Source: Mycolicibacterium smegmatis
GTDB taxonomy: Bacteria; Actinomycetota; Actinomycetes; Mycobacteriales; Mycobacteriaceae
Assembly: GCF_001457595.1 (NCBI RefSeq)
Contig: NZ_LN831039.1
Span: 2,010,001-2,042,000 of the forward strand
Length of the DNA: 32,000 bases
Direction of reading: 5' to 3'
Under the pieces are notes generated by a model. The model ran no database searches. It was not told the DNA's origin and saw nothing but the letters and a program-made list of their open reading frames with translations. Shown one piece after another: positions 1 to 8,857 of this stretch. Position 1 is the stretch's first letter, and each line of letters starts with the position of its first letter. Both the position numbers and the translations under genes were made by a program.

Positions 1-629
1 GAGATACCGGGGCGGTTTCGCGTCGTGTAGGTCAGCACCCATCCGGCCCGTCCGGCTGCCGACGAAGTCACAATGTCCGGCTGTCCCGCGTTGGCACCGT
101 CCTTCAGGTGGAGGTACAGCTCTCGTCCACGAAGGTGAGTTATTGCTGATCCGTACCAACCGTCTGATGTCATTTCTGCAGCATCCGAGATCACTCTCTC
201 GAGGTCGTCGGCTACCACCAGTGGATTGGGGGTTCGGTCTGCCTCGGGTGTGGAAAGGTCGGCCAGGATGACAGGGAATTGGACGCGCGGGATCGCAACA
301 GTTTCGTTTCTCATGTTCGCGACGACGAGCCAGTCTGGGCGTACGGTTTCGTAGGCCGCCTTCAGGATGTTCGACCATTGCGAGGCGACGAAACGATCGG
401 GAAGATCGGGATGGCGTCTCGATGTGTAAACGACCATCGCCGAACTGTCATCGTCCAGTTTGCGCAACCGCGTGGACAGGACACGGTTGCCGTCGATCTC
501 CCGCTCGGTGGCGACGTAGTACAGCGTCACACCATCGAGTGCTCGAAACAACTCCAATCGAGCACGACCGTCGCCGGTGTCCTGGGCGGCCGAGGAGAAT
601 ATTCGCGCGCGCTGGTCTTTATCGATCAC
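1..629 (-). CDS. Partial CDS running off the left edge: tandem SseB-like domain protein, putative immunity/accessory protein for the adjacent toxin-like gene
   Basis: Hand-translated from GTG at 629 (minus strand). 209 codons are open to base 1: VIDKDQRARIFSSAAQDTGDGRARLELFRALDGVTLYYVATEREIDGNRVLSTRLRKLDDDSSAMVVYTSRRHPDLPDRFVASQWSNILKAAYETVRPDWLVVANMRNETVAIPRVQFPVILADL...ELYLHLKDGANAGQPDIVTSSAAGRAGWVLTYTTRNRPGI. It is absent from the supplied ORF track. The start is 74 bp downstream of the preceding stop codon. SseB-N-like pattern (L.AL...LYY...DG...VYTS...) appears twice. Confidence 0.8.
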   Translation of the reverse strand, partial: MIDKDQRARIFSSAAQDTGDGRARLELFRALDGVTLYYVATEREIDGNRVLSTRLRKLDDDSSAMVVYTSRRHPDLPDRFVASQWSNILKAAYETVRPDWLVVANMRNETVAIPRVQFPVILADLSTPEADRTPNPLVVADDLERVISDAAEMTSDGWYGSAITHLRGRELYLHLKDGANAGQPDIVTSSAAGRAGWVLTYTTRNRPGI

Positions 630-703
630 TGTGAGGTCCTCGGAGTCGGTTGTCGATCGGTAGTCCGGAGAACAAAGGCGACAGGTAGGTGTTCGGGCAT
701 GGC

Positions 704-3700
704 TTACCAGTCATCATCGCCGAGGTTTTCAGGTTCAGGCCAGGGATACTTCTCAATGAAATCGTAGGTGTCCTGGTGGTAGATCCCGTGGACGTCGAAA
801 ACTCTGTGGTTCCAGGAACCGAGGCACGCCACGAAGTCAACCGCTCCCATGTTCGGCTGTAGAAGGTCACTGAGTGTTGTCGCTCGATCAACCGTGTGCG
901 GAGTACCTACAATGTTCATGTCGTCGGGCGGCAAAAGTGTGTAGTTGGGCATCGTTTCGCCTGGGTAGTACGTCTTCTTGAAGACGCGGGAGGTGTCCCC
1001 ACCCGACTCGATGAGATTCCCCAGCGACTGCGTGATCGGAGAACCATGTTCGCCGTACACCGTCACGGATGTGTCTGCGGGGACGGTGAACGTTCCATCG
1101 CCGCTGTGGTAATCACCATGCCCGCTTATCTTGTAGCGGCCGTCTGGCCCGACGGCGTTCTCGCGCGGACCGTCGTCGTCGCTGTAGCCACGATCATCGC
1201 CCCGCTGTTGATCGGTGTCGTCCCGCCAGCTATGGCTTGGCTCTGCGCGCACATCCGCGTCAGGCTTGTTCGATGCTCGATCGATTGAATCCTGATCTGT
1301 ATCCCGAAGAGTACGACTATCTGTCTCCGAAGTGAGTCCGTCGTGTCTTGCGGTTGGTTCCATCTGGCCATTCGGCGCAGGACCATCGGCAGATGTCGTT
1401 CTGTGGAACAACTCGGTTGCCCTGCCCGTGTCCGGGTCGATCTGGACAATTCGAGTGACATTCGGGTTATCCATCAGACGTGGAATCTCGACCGTCTGCC
1501 AGATGTTGCCTGGCCGAAGGTCGCTGCCCACGATCGCCGTAACGTCGCCGCGAGCATTCTCAGCATATGCCGCCGAAGCGTCTTCCCAGAACCTGACTGA
1601 TTCGGGATCGTGACGGTTCCATGCGGGCAACGGATGCACGCCGTTGCGCTCAAGCGTCATCTCGAGCGTTGTCCCGTTCGAGCCCTCCGCAATTCGCTCG
1701 GCAATTCCAGAGCCGTCCGGTCCTACGCCGACCCCGTTCGCGTCGCGTCCTGACCAATAGTGAGCCGAATCAGGTTCTGTTCTTGTCAGACGAAGGAGTT
1801 CGTCATAAGACGGCAGGCTGCCCGGAACGTAGTGGCCATTCTCATCGAGCATCGGGTTGTAGTCGAGATCTGACTTTGCAGGATCCGTGAATGCGTCGCC
1901 GTCGTGCACAGGCGGCTCCAGCCCACTGGAGTCGTGCGGTGGTTCGGGTTTCGGGGGTGGGGAGTTGTGGTGAGAATCGGACGGCGGCACAGACGAACCC
2001 GGCGCAGTGCCATGTTCCTTCGGTGCCGTTTGTTCAGACGTGCTCGAGGCTGGGCTGGTAGACGCCGATTGTCTCGATTGGTCCGCAGATGAATGGACCG
2101 GCGCCGACGGCGTGCTCCCTGGTGTCGGTCCGACCGCGCTGGGTTGTTGTGCCCTGGGAGTTTCCGGCGATCCCGTGTGCGAAGGTCGTGTCTCTGGACC
2201 GCGCGTGGACGTGTCGGGCGTCGGTAATTTGGCAGCGGGGGAAGGGCTTTCGCCGCCACCGTGCACCGGTCCCGGAGCGTGGGGCGTCATGGGCGAACCC
2301 GGTCCGCTCCCCACGCCAGGCGACATCATGGGCCCCATCGCGGGTTGTGGGCCGTTGACGGCCGAAGAATAAGCCGGCTCCCGAGATTCGTTGGTTTCTG
2401 CCGAGTTTCGGTCGTGGGTGACCGGTTGTTCGGCGGCAGCATTATGAGCGGGTTGCTGTTCAGCAGGCCGATGTGCTTGCTCGTCCGCCCAGTTGCGCGA
2501 CTCGTCGGTTACCGGTCGGTGGTGCTCGGCCGAGCCGATGTTGCTGTCCGACGAGATCGCGGAGTGCTCACCACCCACTGACCCGCCAATGTGTTGCGTC
2601 GGTGAGTGTGTGGATGCAGGCGCATCCGATGTCGAGGGTTGGTGAGTCGGTGTCGAGTTGGACTCTGCCGACGTATGGGGAGCGTCGTTTTGTGCTGCGG
2701 GCGTGGCGGGTTCGGGCGCATGCTGCGGCGTGTGATCGACGCTGGGCGGCGTGTGGCTGGGCTCTGGGTTGCCGCGAATCCCGGGCTCGCCGACCGAAGA
2801 GGACCCCGGATGGCTCGGCTCGGGCGTGCTCGGCGTATGCGGTGGCGGGGCGTCGCCGCGTGTCGGACCTGGATCGGCCGGGCCGACCGGGCGGTGTGGA
2901 GATTCAGGTGGGGGACCGTCGCCGCCACCGGGCGGGCGGGTGCCACCGGGATTGTGTGTCGTCGGCCCGGGCGGCTCGGGAGGCCGTACCGGGGCTTCGG
3001 GACCGCCCGGATTGGACGGGGCATCAAGACGATTGGAGGGCGCCGGGTTGATGACGGAGTCCGGGATGCCGTCCTGCCGGATCTCCGGTACTTCGGGGAC
3101 GCGGGACCCCGTGACCGACAGGTCGTTCCCGTCCAAGCCGTGACGCCCTGGGAGATCGAGGGGCGGAGAGTCCGCGTGGTCGAACGCCCTGCGGACTTTG
3201 TTGACACCCTTTGCCACGGTGCCACCCTTGGACAACGGCCCGCCTACGAACAGGCCGGCGATGTTGAAGCCCGCTTCGCCGATGCCGCGTCCCGGATTCT
3301 CCCCGGTCAACTGGTCCCAGGCGAAGAACTCTTTGCCGGCTGCGATGCCGATGTCGTCGATCAACGACGGATCCTTGATGACGGCCAGGGCCGTCTCGCC
3401 CAGGCCCTTCCAGGTGTCGAAGTCGGCGAAAGCCACTGTCCCGGCCACCGTGTTGATCACGCCGTTGAGTACGCCGGTCGACAGATCGGTCTGGAATTTG
3501 ATGATGTCCGAGATCGCGCCCCCGACTTGATCGCCGAGGATTTCCCGCAGGTTCTTGTCAGCCCATTTCTGGAACTTGGTGACGGTGTCGTTGAGCGCGT
3601 TCTTGAGCTCTTCCAGCAATGCGCCGACGGCTTTCACCTGACGCTGAAAGTTCCCCAGAAGGGTTCGAATGTCCTCGACGACCTCTTTGATGATGTCGAG

Positions 3701-4501
3701 CGCGTCCCCGGTGAATATGCCTTTGACCGTGTCGATGATCCCGTCGATGGACGCTACGCGGTCAAGTAACCGCCGTATCGCGTCCTGCGTTTCCTGCACG
3801 TTGTCGGCGAACGTATTCAGTGTCTCGGCGAGGTTCGTGGCCTGGTTGGCCAGGTCCGCAACGCCGTCGGCCAGATCGGCGTGTGCCTGGGCGATCTGCG
3901 AAGCTTCGGGGATCTTCTGCGTCGATACGGCTGTGCTGGACCCGCTGACCTGGTTCGAGACGGCCGAGAACCCGGTCGCCAAGTTCTCCCACTGCGCCGC
4001 GGTCAGACGCAACATCGCAGGATTGCCCGACGGCCAGGCGGTAGGTCCGAGAAAGCTCCCCACGAGGTACCACGCCGGCGGCGGCGGAACGACGCTGAGG
4101 CTCGGGCTGTCCCTCGCGTCAACGGGTTTGGTTTCGTCGAACTTGCCCTTCACGCCTCCTGTCGGGGCGCCGCCGCCTATGGTCGAAACGGCGTCGGCAT
4201 TGGCGTAGTTGTGCCCACTCGCCTGGAGTCTGAGGCCGACGGTTTTGAAAGTGTTTGCGCCGTTGGCCAAAGTGTTGGAGAACTTCTGCGTGAGATCTCC
4301 GTAGTCCAGTGCCATCGCGAGGCCGGCAAGGTCGATGCCCGAGGCGATACCGCTCGACAACATGGGGCCGAGCGCTCCCATGAGCATGTCCAACTGATTG
4401 CCCAGCGAGAGCATGCTCTCCCCGGCGCGGATCAGTACCTGGGGGTCGACTTCAATGCGTATTCCGCTGACGCCACCGCCGCCACCGCTGTTGGATGGCA
4501 C
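704..4501 (-). CDS. CpnT-like ESX/T7SS-associated polymorphic toxin candidate, 1265 aa, with WXG-like N-terminal domain, Pro-rich linker and variable C-terminal modules
   Basis: Long ORF with GTG start at 4501 overlapping the upstream TAG by 1 nt. The N-terminus has ...HNYANADAVSTIGG (YxxxD) and GFNIAGLFVGGPLSKGG, resembling CpnT HNYSLAEAMSDVAG and ...ALPGGPLSKLG as recalled. The linker is Pro/His/Ser rich, about 400 aa long. The C-terminus ends in a distinct approximately 145-aa module. Confidence 0.85.
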   Translation of the reverse strand: MPSNSGGGGGVSGIRIEVDPQVLIRAGESMLSLGNQLDMLMGALGPMLSSGIASGIDLAGLAMALDYGDLTQKFSNTLANGANTFKTVGLRLQASGHNYANADAVSTIGGGAPTGGVKGKFDETKPVDARDSPSLSVVPPPPAWYLVGSFLGPTAWPSGNPAMLRLTAAQWENLATGFSAVSNQVSGSSTAVSTQKIPEASQIAQAHADLADGVADLANQATNLAETLNTFADNVQETQDAIRRLLDRVASIDGIIDTVKGIFTGDALDIIKEVVEDIRTLLGNFQRQVKAVGALLEELKNALNDTVTKFQKWADKNLREILGDQVGGAISDIIKFQTDLSTGVLNGVINTVAGTVAFADFDTWKGLGETALAVIKDPSLIDDIGIAAGKEFFAWDQLTGENPGRGIGEAGFNIAGLFVGGPLSKGGTVAKGVNKVRRAFDHADSPPLDLPGRHGLDGNDLSVTGSRVPEVPEIRQDGIPDSVINPAPSNRLDAPSNPGGPEAPVRPPEPPGPTTHNPGGTRPPGGGDGPPPESPHRPVGPADPGPTRGDAPPPHTPSTPEPSHPGSSSVGEPGIRGNPEPSHTPPSVDHTPQHAPEPATPAAQNDAPHTSAESNSTPTHQPSTSDAPASTHSPTQHIGGSVGGEHSAISSDSNIGSAEHHRPVTDESRNWADEQAHRPAEQQPAHNAAAEQPVTHDRNSAETNESREPAYSSAVNGPQPAMGPMMSPGVGSGPGSPMTPHAPGPVHGGGESPSPAAKLPTPDTSTRGPETRPSHTGSPETPRAQQPSAVGPTPGSTPSAPVHSSADQSRQSASTSPASSTSEQTAPKEHGTAPGSSVPPSDSHHNSPPPKPEPPHDSSGLEPPVHDGDAFTDPAKSDLDYNPMLDENGHYVPGSLPSYDELLRLTRTEPDSAHYWSGRDANGVGVGPDGSGIAERIAEGSNGTTLEMTLERNGVHPLPAWNRHDPESVRFWEDASAAYAENARGDVTAIVGSDLRPGNIWQTVEIPRLMDNPNVTRIVQIDPDTGRATELFHRTTSADGPAPNGQMEPTARHDGLTSETDSRTLRDTDQDSIDRASNKPDADVRAEPSHSWRDDTDQQRGDDRGYSDDDGPRENAVGPDGRYKISGHGDYHSGDGTFTVPADTSVTVYGEHGSPITQSLGNLIESGGDTSRVFKKTYYPGETMPNYTLLPPDDMNIVGTPHTVDRATTLSDLLQPNMGAVDFVACLGSWNHRVFDVHGIYHQDTYDFIEKYPWPEPENLGDDDW

Positions 4502-4809
4502 TAGTCATCCCACATCTCGGAGTTTTTGGTAACGGCGTCACTGTAATTCGAGCGTGCAGTCTGGGCGATCTTCTGCAATTGAGACAACGCTTCACGCATC
4601 TGCTCAGCGCCTTCTCGCCACAGTGCCTGCGCCTGCGCTTGTGCGTCGGAGGCCTCGCCATGCCACGACTGCCGCAACGAGGCCATGGTCCGGTCGATGT
4701 CCTCCAGACAACTGGTGACCTCGCGTTCGTAACTTGCCATGTGCGCGATGGCATCTTGCATCTGGCCGAAATCGACCACCAGAGGGGCCCCGCCACCGCT
4801 ACTGGGCAT
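4501..4809 (-). CDS. WXG100-family protein (EsxE/EsxA-like), 102 aa
   Basis: Size, helical composition and SWHGEASDAQ (W-x-G) motif. It lies between an extended WXG partner and the toxin-like gene, with overlapping start/stop codons. Confidence 0.85.
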   Translation of the reverse strand: MPSSGGGAPLVVDFGQMQDAIAHMASYEREVTSCLEDIDRTMASLRQSWHGEASDAQAQAQALWREGAEQMREALSQLQKIAQTARSNYSDAVTKNSEMWDD

Positions 4810-5668
4810 CGTTCAACCTTCCGAAGCGCATCGAATTACCCGTCGTCGGTGGTGACGGTGACGGAGGCGCCATCTCCCCAGGAGCCGACACGCTCGACGA
4901 GTCGGTGCCGGCGCCTCCGCCTGCACCGTTGGCCTCCAGCGTCTCAGCTTCCTGCTCGTCGCTCTGCCTCTCGGTTTCGTCGCGTTCGTCGGTGTGTTCG
5001 TCCTCGGTATCCGGTGTTGCCTCGTCGACAGGAACGAGAGGGTCAGCAGCGGTCGTCGAGCCCGTCTCGACCGGTGTGGCGCCTGCACCCGACTCTGATT
5101 GCGCGGCCTGCACAATCCCGGTCACGCCCTGTGTGATCGCGGTTGCGGCCTGGGTGAGGCCACCCGTCAGCTGCCCTGCCGCCTGAGCAGCGCCCTCGGC
5201 AAGCTGGCCGCCGAGCTGAGCTGCGGGCTCGCCGAGGCCCATCATCGCCGCGAGATCCTCGGTGCCGCCGTCCATCTGGGCCGACGAGGCCTGTTGAGCA
5301 GACGTAGCAGCGGCAGGGGATGCCGATGACGCCCCGGCTGATCCCGCAGGGGACCCGCCGCCGGGCTGAAACGAGGAGCCCACTGCACCGGCCGCCTGCT
5401 GATCGGTTGCGCTGTAGCTGTCGGCCGAGGCTTTCAGTGACTCCGACATCGCCTGCAGACCCCGGATGACCTGTCCGGCGCCGTTGTGCCACTTGTCCCA
5501 CTGTTCCGAGTACGCGGACGCGGCGCCGCCCTTCCAGCCCGACCCGAGCAGCTGATCCACCGAGAGATCGACGGCAGACAATCCGTCCTGCAGGCGTTGT
5601 CCGGCGTCAGCGAGCGCGGCCGAGGCCGACCGAAGTTCGGACGTGACCACTTCCAGCGACTGCCCCAC
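4799..5668 (-). CDS. WXG100-like protein with long Ala/Gly and acidic C-terminal extension, 289 aa (EsxF-position protein)
   Basis: N-terminal LLGSGWKGGAASAY (W-x-G) followed by ADSYSATDQQ (YxxxD) T7SS-type signal. The 3' end overlaps the 102-aa gene by 11 nt. Confidence 0.8.
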   Translation of the reverse strand: MGQSLEVVTSELRSASAALADAGQRLQDGLSAVDLSVDQLLGSGWKGGAASAYSEQWDKWHNGAGQVIRGLQAMSESLKASADSYSATDQQAAGAVGSSFQPGGGSPAGSAGASSASPAAATSAQQASSAQMDGGTEDLAAMMGLGEPAAQLGGQLAEGAAQAAGQLTGGLTQAATAITQGVTGIVQAAQSESGAGATPVETGSTTAADPLVPVDEATPDTEDEHTDERDETERQSDEQEAETLEANGAGGGAGTDSSSVSAPGEMAPPSPSPPTTGNSMRFGRLNDAQ

Positions 5669-5757
5669 AGTGTTACCCCCCTCGACCGGCAGCCGACAAT
5701 CGGACCTGAGTTTATCGGCGCTCGCTGGGCCGCGATCGCACCAATTACGCTGCCCGT

Positions 5758-6390
5758 GTGCTCATCGCGATAGAGGGCGTCGACGGCGCCGGCAAACGCA
5801 CGTTGACCAACGGCCTGCGGGCGGCGTTCGAGACCAACCACAAGTCGGTGGCCAGCCTCGCGTTCCCGCGGTACCACCAGTCGGTGCCCGCGGACCTCGC
5901 GGCCGAGGCGCTACGGGGCAGCCACGGCGACCTCGCCGAGTCCGTGTACGCGATGGCGACGCTGTTCGCGTTGGACCGGGCCGGCGCGCGGGAGCAGATC
6001 GAGCACCTGCAGGCCGCCTACGACGTCGTCATCCTCGACCGGTACGTGGCGTCGAACGCGGCCTACAGCGCGGCGCGTCTGCACCAGGGCGTCGACGGCG
6101 AGGTGGTGACGTGGGTGCACGAGCTAGAGTTCGGGCGCCTGCACCTGCCCGTGCCGGACTGGCAGGTGTTGCTGAACGTGCCGACCGAACTGGCCGCGCA
6201 GCGCGCCGAGCACCGCGCCAACACCGAGGCCGACCGCGCCAAGGACGCCTACGAGCGCGACGACGGTCTGCAGCGGCGCACGGGTGAGGTGTACGCGGCA
6301 CTGGCGGCCGCCGACTGGGGCGGCCGATGGGCGATCGCCGGGCCCGACGTGGACGCGACGGCCCTGGCCGACCGGTTAAGCAGCGGTTAA
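5758..6390 (+). CDS. tmk: Thymidylate kinase, 210 aa
   Basis: MLIAIEGVDGAGKRTLTNGL P-loop, FPRYHQSV, YDVVILDRYVASNAAYSAARLH. GTG start. Upstream of mtrA. Confidence 0.97.
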   Translation: MLIAIEGVDGAGKRTLTNGLRAAFETNHKSVASLAFPRYHQSVPADLAAEALRGSHGDLAESVYAMATLFALDRAGAREQIEHLQAAYDVVILDRYVASNAAYSAARLHQGVDGEVVTWVHELEFGRLHLPVPDWQVLLNVPTELAAQRAEHRANTEADRAKDAYERDDGLQRRTGEVYAALAAADWGGRWAIAGPDVDATALADRLSSG

Positions 6391-6441
6391 AGCGAAACGC
6401 CCGCGTGTGGTAGCCGAGTTTTGTGGCGATCTGGTGACACC

Positions 6442-7128
6442 ATGGACACCATGAGGCAAAGGATCCTTGTCGTCGATGACGACCCGTCACTGGCCGAGAT
6501 GCTCACCATCGTTCTGCGTGGTGAGGGTTTCGACACCGCGGTCATCGGCGACGGCAGCCAGGCACTCACCGCTGTCCGGGAGCTCAGGCCGGACCTGGTC
6601 CTGCTCGATTTGATGCTGCCTGGGATGAACGGCATCGACGTGTGCCGTGTGCTGCGCGCCGACTCCGGCGTGCCGATCGTCATGCTGACCGCCAAGACCG
6701 ACACCGTCGACGTGGTGCTGGGCCTGGAATCCGGAGCCGACGACTATGTGATGAAGCCGTTCAAGCCGAAGGAGCTCGTCGCGCGCGTGCGGGCCCGGCT
6801 GCGGCGCAACGAGGACGAGCCCGCCGAGATGCTGTCGATCGGTGACGTCGAGATCGACGTGCCCGCGCACAAGGTGACCCGGCAAGGCGAGCAGATTTCG
6901 CTGACACCGCTGGAGTTCGACCTGCTGGTGGCCCTGGCACGCAAACCACGGCAGGTGTTTACTCGGGATGTGCTGCTCGAACAGGTGTGGGGATACCGTC
7001 ACCCCGCTGACACCCGTTTGGTGAACGTGCATGTCCAGCGGTTGCGGGCAAAGGTGGAGAAAGACCCGGAGAACCCGCAGGTGGTCCTGACCGTTCGAGG
7101 AGTGGGATACAAGGCCGGACCCCCGTGA
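6442..7128 (+). CDS. mtrA: OmpR-family response regulator MtrA, 228 aa
   Basis: MDTMRQRILVVDDDPSLAEML... receiver domain and winged-helix output domain (GYRHPADTRLVNVHVQRLRAKVE). The track ORF begins at 6421, but the family start is MDTMRQR at 6442. Confidence 0.98.
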   Translation: MDTMRQRILVVDDDPSLAEMLTIVLRGEGFDTAVIGDGSQALTAVRELRPDLVLLDLMLPGMNGIDVCRVLRADSGVPIVMLTAKTDTVDVVLGLESGADDYVMKPFKPKELVARVRARLRRNEDEPAEMLSIGDVEIDVPAHKVTRQGEQISLTPLEFDLLVALARKPRQVFTRDVLLEQVWGYRHPADTRLVNVHVQRLRAKVEKDPENPQVVLTVRGVGYKAGPP

Positions 7129-7195
7129 TCGACGCCGGCGAGCATGCGCGGCGCCGTGACGAGTCGAAGGCTTCTTTGCACGAGGAGCGGTGCCG

Positions 7196-8857
7196 ATGAT
7201 CTTCGGCTCCAGGCGGCGCATACGTGGGCGTTGGGGAGGTTCCGGCCCACTCGTGCGTGGATTGGGGACGTTGGGCAGAGCGCTCAGCCTGGTGTGGCGT
7301 CGCTCCCTGCAACTGCGGGTCGTCACGCTCACGCTCGGGCTGTCACTGGCCGTCATATTGGTACTCGGCTTCGTGCTGACCAGTCAGATCACCGACCGGA
7401 TCCTCGAAGTCAAGGTCAAGGCTGCCACCGAAGAGGTGGAGCGGGCCCGCAACACCGTCAGCGGCATCGTCGGCGGTGAGGAGTCCCGCTCGCTCGAGAG
7501 CAGCCTGCAGTTGGCGCGCAACACGCTCGTCGACCGCAAGGCCGACGTGCGTGCGGACATGGCCGGCGCCTTTGACGCGGTCCTCGTCGTACCCGGCGAC
7601 GGCCCCCGCGCGGCCGCTGCGGCCGGGCCGGTGGCGCAGATCCCCGAGGCGCTGCGTGACTTCGTCAAGGCCGGTCAAGTCAGCTACCAGTACGCGACCG
7701 TGCAGACCGAAGGGTTCTCCGGACCCGCGCTGATCGTGGGCAGCCCGACGACGTCGTCGGTGCCGAATCTTGAGCTGTACCTGATCTTCCCGTTGAACAA
7801 CGAGGAGAGCACCATCGCGCTGGTGCGCGGCACCATGGCGACCGGCGGTGTGGTGCTGCTCGGTCTGCTCGCGGCCATCGCGTTGGTGGTGGCGCGTCAG
7901 ATCGTGCAGCCGGTGCGGTCGGCCTCGCGCATCGCCGAACGGTTCGCCGAGGGGCACCTGACCGAACGCATGCCGGTGCGCGGCGAGGACGACATGGCGC
8001 GCCTGGCGGTGTCGTTCAACGACATGGCCGAAAGCCTGTCACGTCAGATCCAGCAGCTCGAAGAGTTCGGTAACCTGCAGCGCCGCTTCACCTCTGACGT
8101 GAGCCACGAGCTGCGCACGCCGCTGACCACGGTGCGCATGGCCGCCGATCTGATCTACGACCACAGCGAGGATCTGGACCCTGCGCTGCGCCGGTCGACC
8201 GAGCTCATGGTCAACGAACTCGACCGGTTCGAGACACTGCTGGCCGATCTGCTGGAGATCTCACGCCACGACGCGGGCGTGGCCGAATTGTCGGTCGAGT
8301 CGCTGGATCTGCGGTCGACGGTGCGCAGCGCACTGGACAACGTGGGACATCTCGCGGCCGACGCGGGTGTCGAGCTCACTCTCGACATGCCCGAGGAAGA
8401 CGTCATCGCCGAGGTGGATCCCCGCCGCGTGGAACGCATCCTGCGCAACCTCATCGCCAACGCCATCGATCACGCCGAGAGCAAGCCCGTGCAGATCCGC
8501 ATGGCCGCCGACGAGGACACCGTCGCGGTCACGGTGCGCGACTTCGGCGTCGGGCTGCGTCCTGGTGAGGAGAAGCTGGTGTTCAGCCGCTTCTGGCGGT
8601 CCGATCCGTCGCGCGTGCGGCGCTCCGGCGGCACGGGGCTGGGCCTGGCGATCAGCATCGAGGATGCCCGCCTGCACCAGGGACGGTTGGAGGCCTGGGG
8701 CGAGCCCGGCAAGGGTGCGTGCTTCCGGCTCACGTTGCCGCTGGTGCGTGGCCACAAGGTGACGACGAGCCCGTTGCCGCTCAAGCCTGCCTCGGAGCAG
8801 CGGCCGGCGCGCCGCCGTTCCAACAAGGATCGGGAAGCAGCGGAGGAGAGCGTGTGA
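7196..8857 (+). CDS. mtrB: Sensor histidine kinase MtrB
   Basis: [24 protein letters not shown]-box, HATPase motifs. [12 protein letters not shown] start at ATG 7196 preceded by GAGGAG; an alternative GTG lies at 7190. Confidence 0.97.

Noticed and set aside
279-767. 162-aa plus-strand ORF at the left end
   Set aside because: Antisense to the SseB-like ORF and toxin 3' end. The minus-strand frame gives a coherent protein-like sequence, this one does not.
619-891. 90-aa minus-strand ORF overlapping the toxin 3' end
   Set aside because: Alternative frame over the toxin C-terminus and the 74-nt gap; no protein-like features.
1875-3135. Possible tandem DNA repeats or CRISPR-like structure in the Pro-rich region
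   Set aside because: Short degenerate Pro/Ser/His codon repeats only, with no regular repeat-spacer units. Explained by the low-complexity protein linker.
5643-6287. 214-aa plus-strand ORF
   Set aside because: Out-of-frame Arg-rich translation over tmk.
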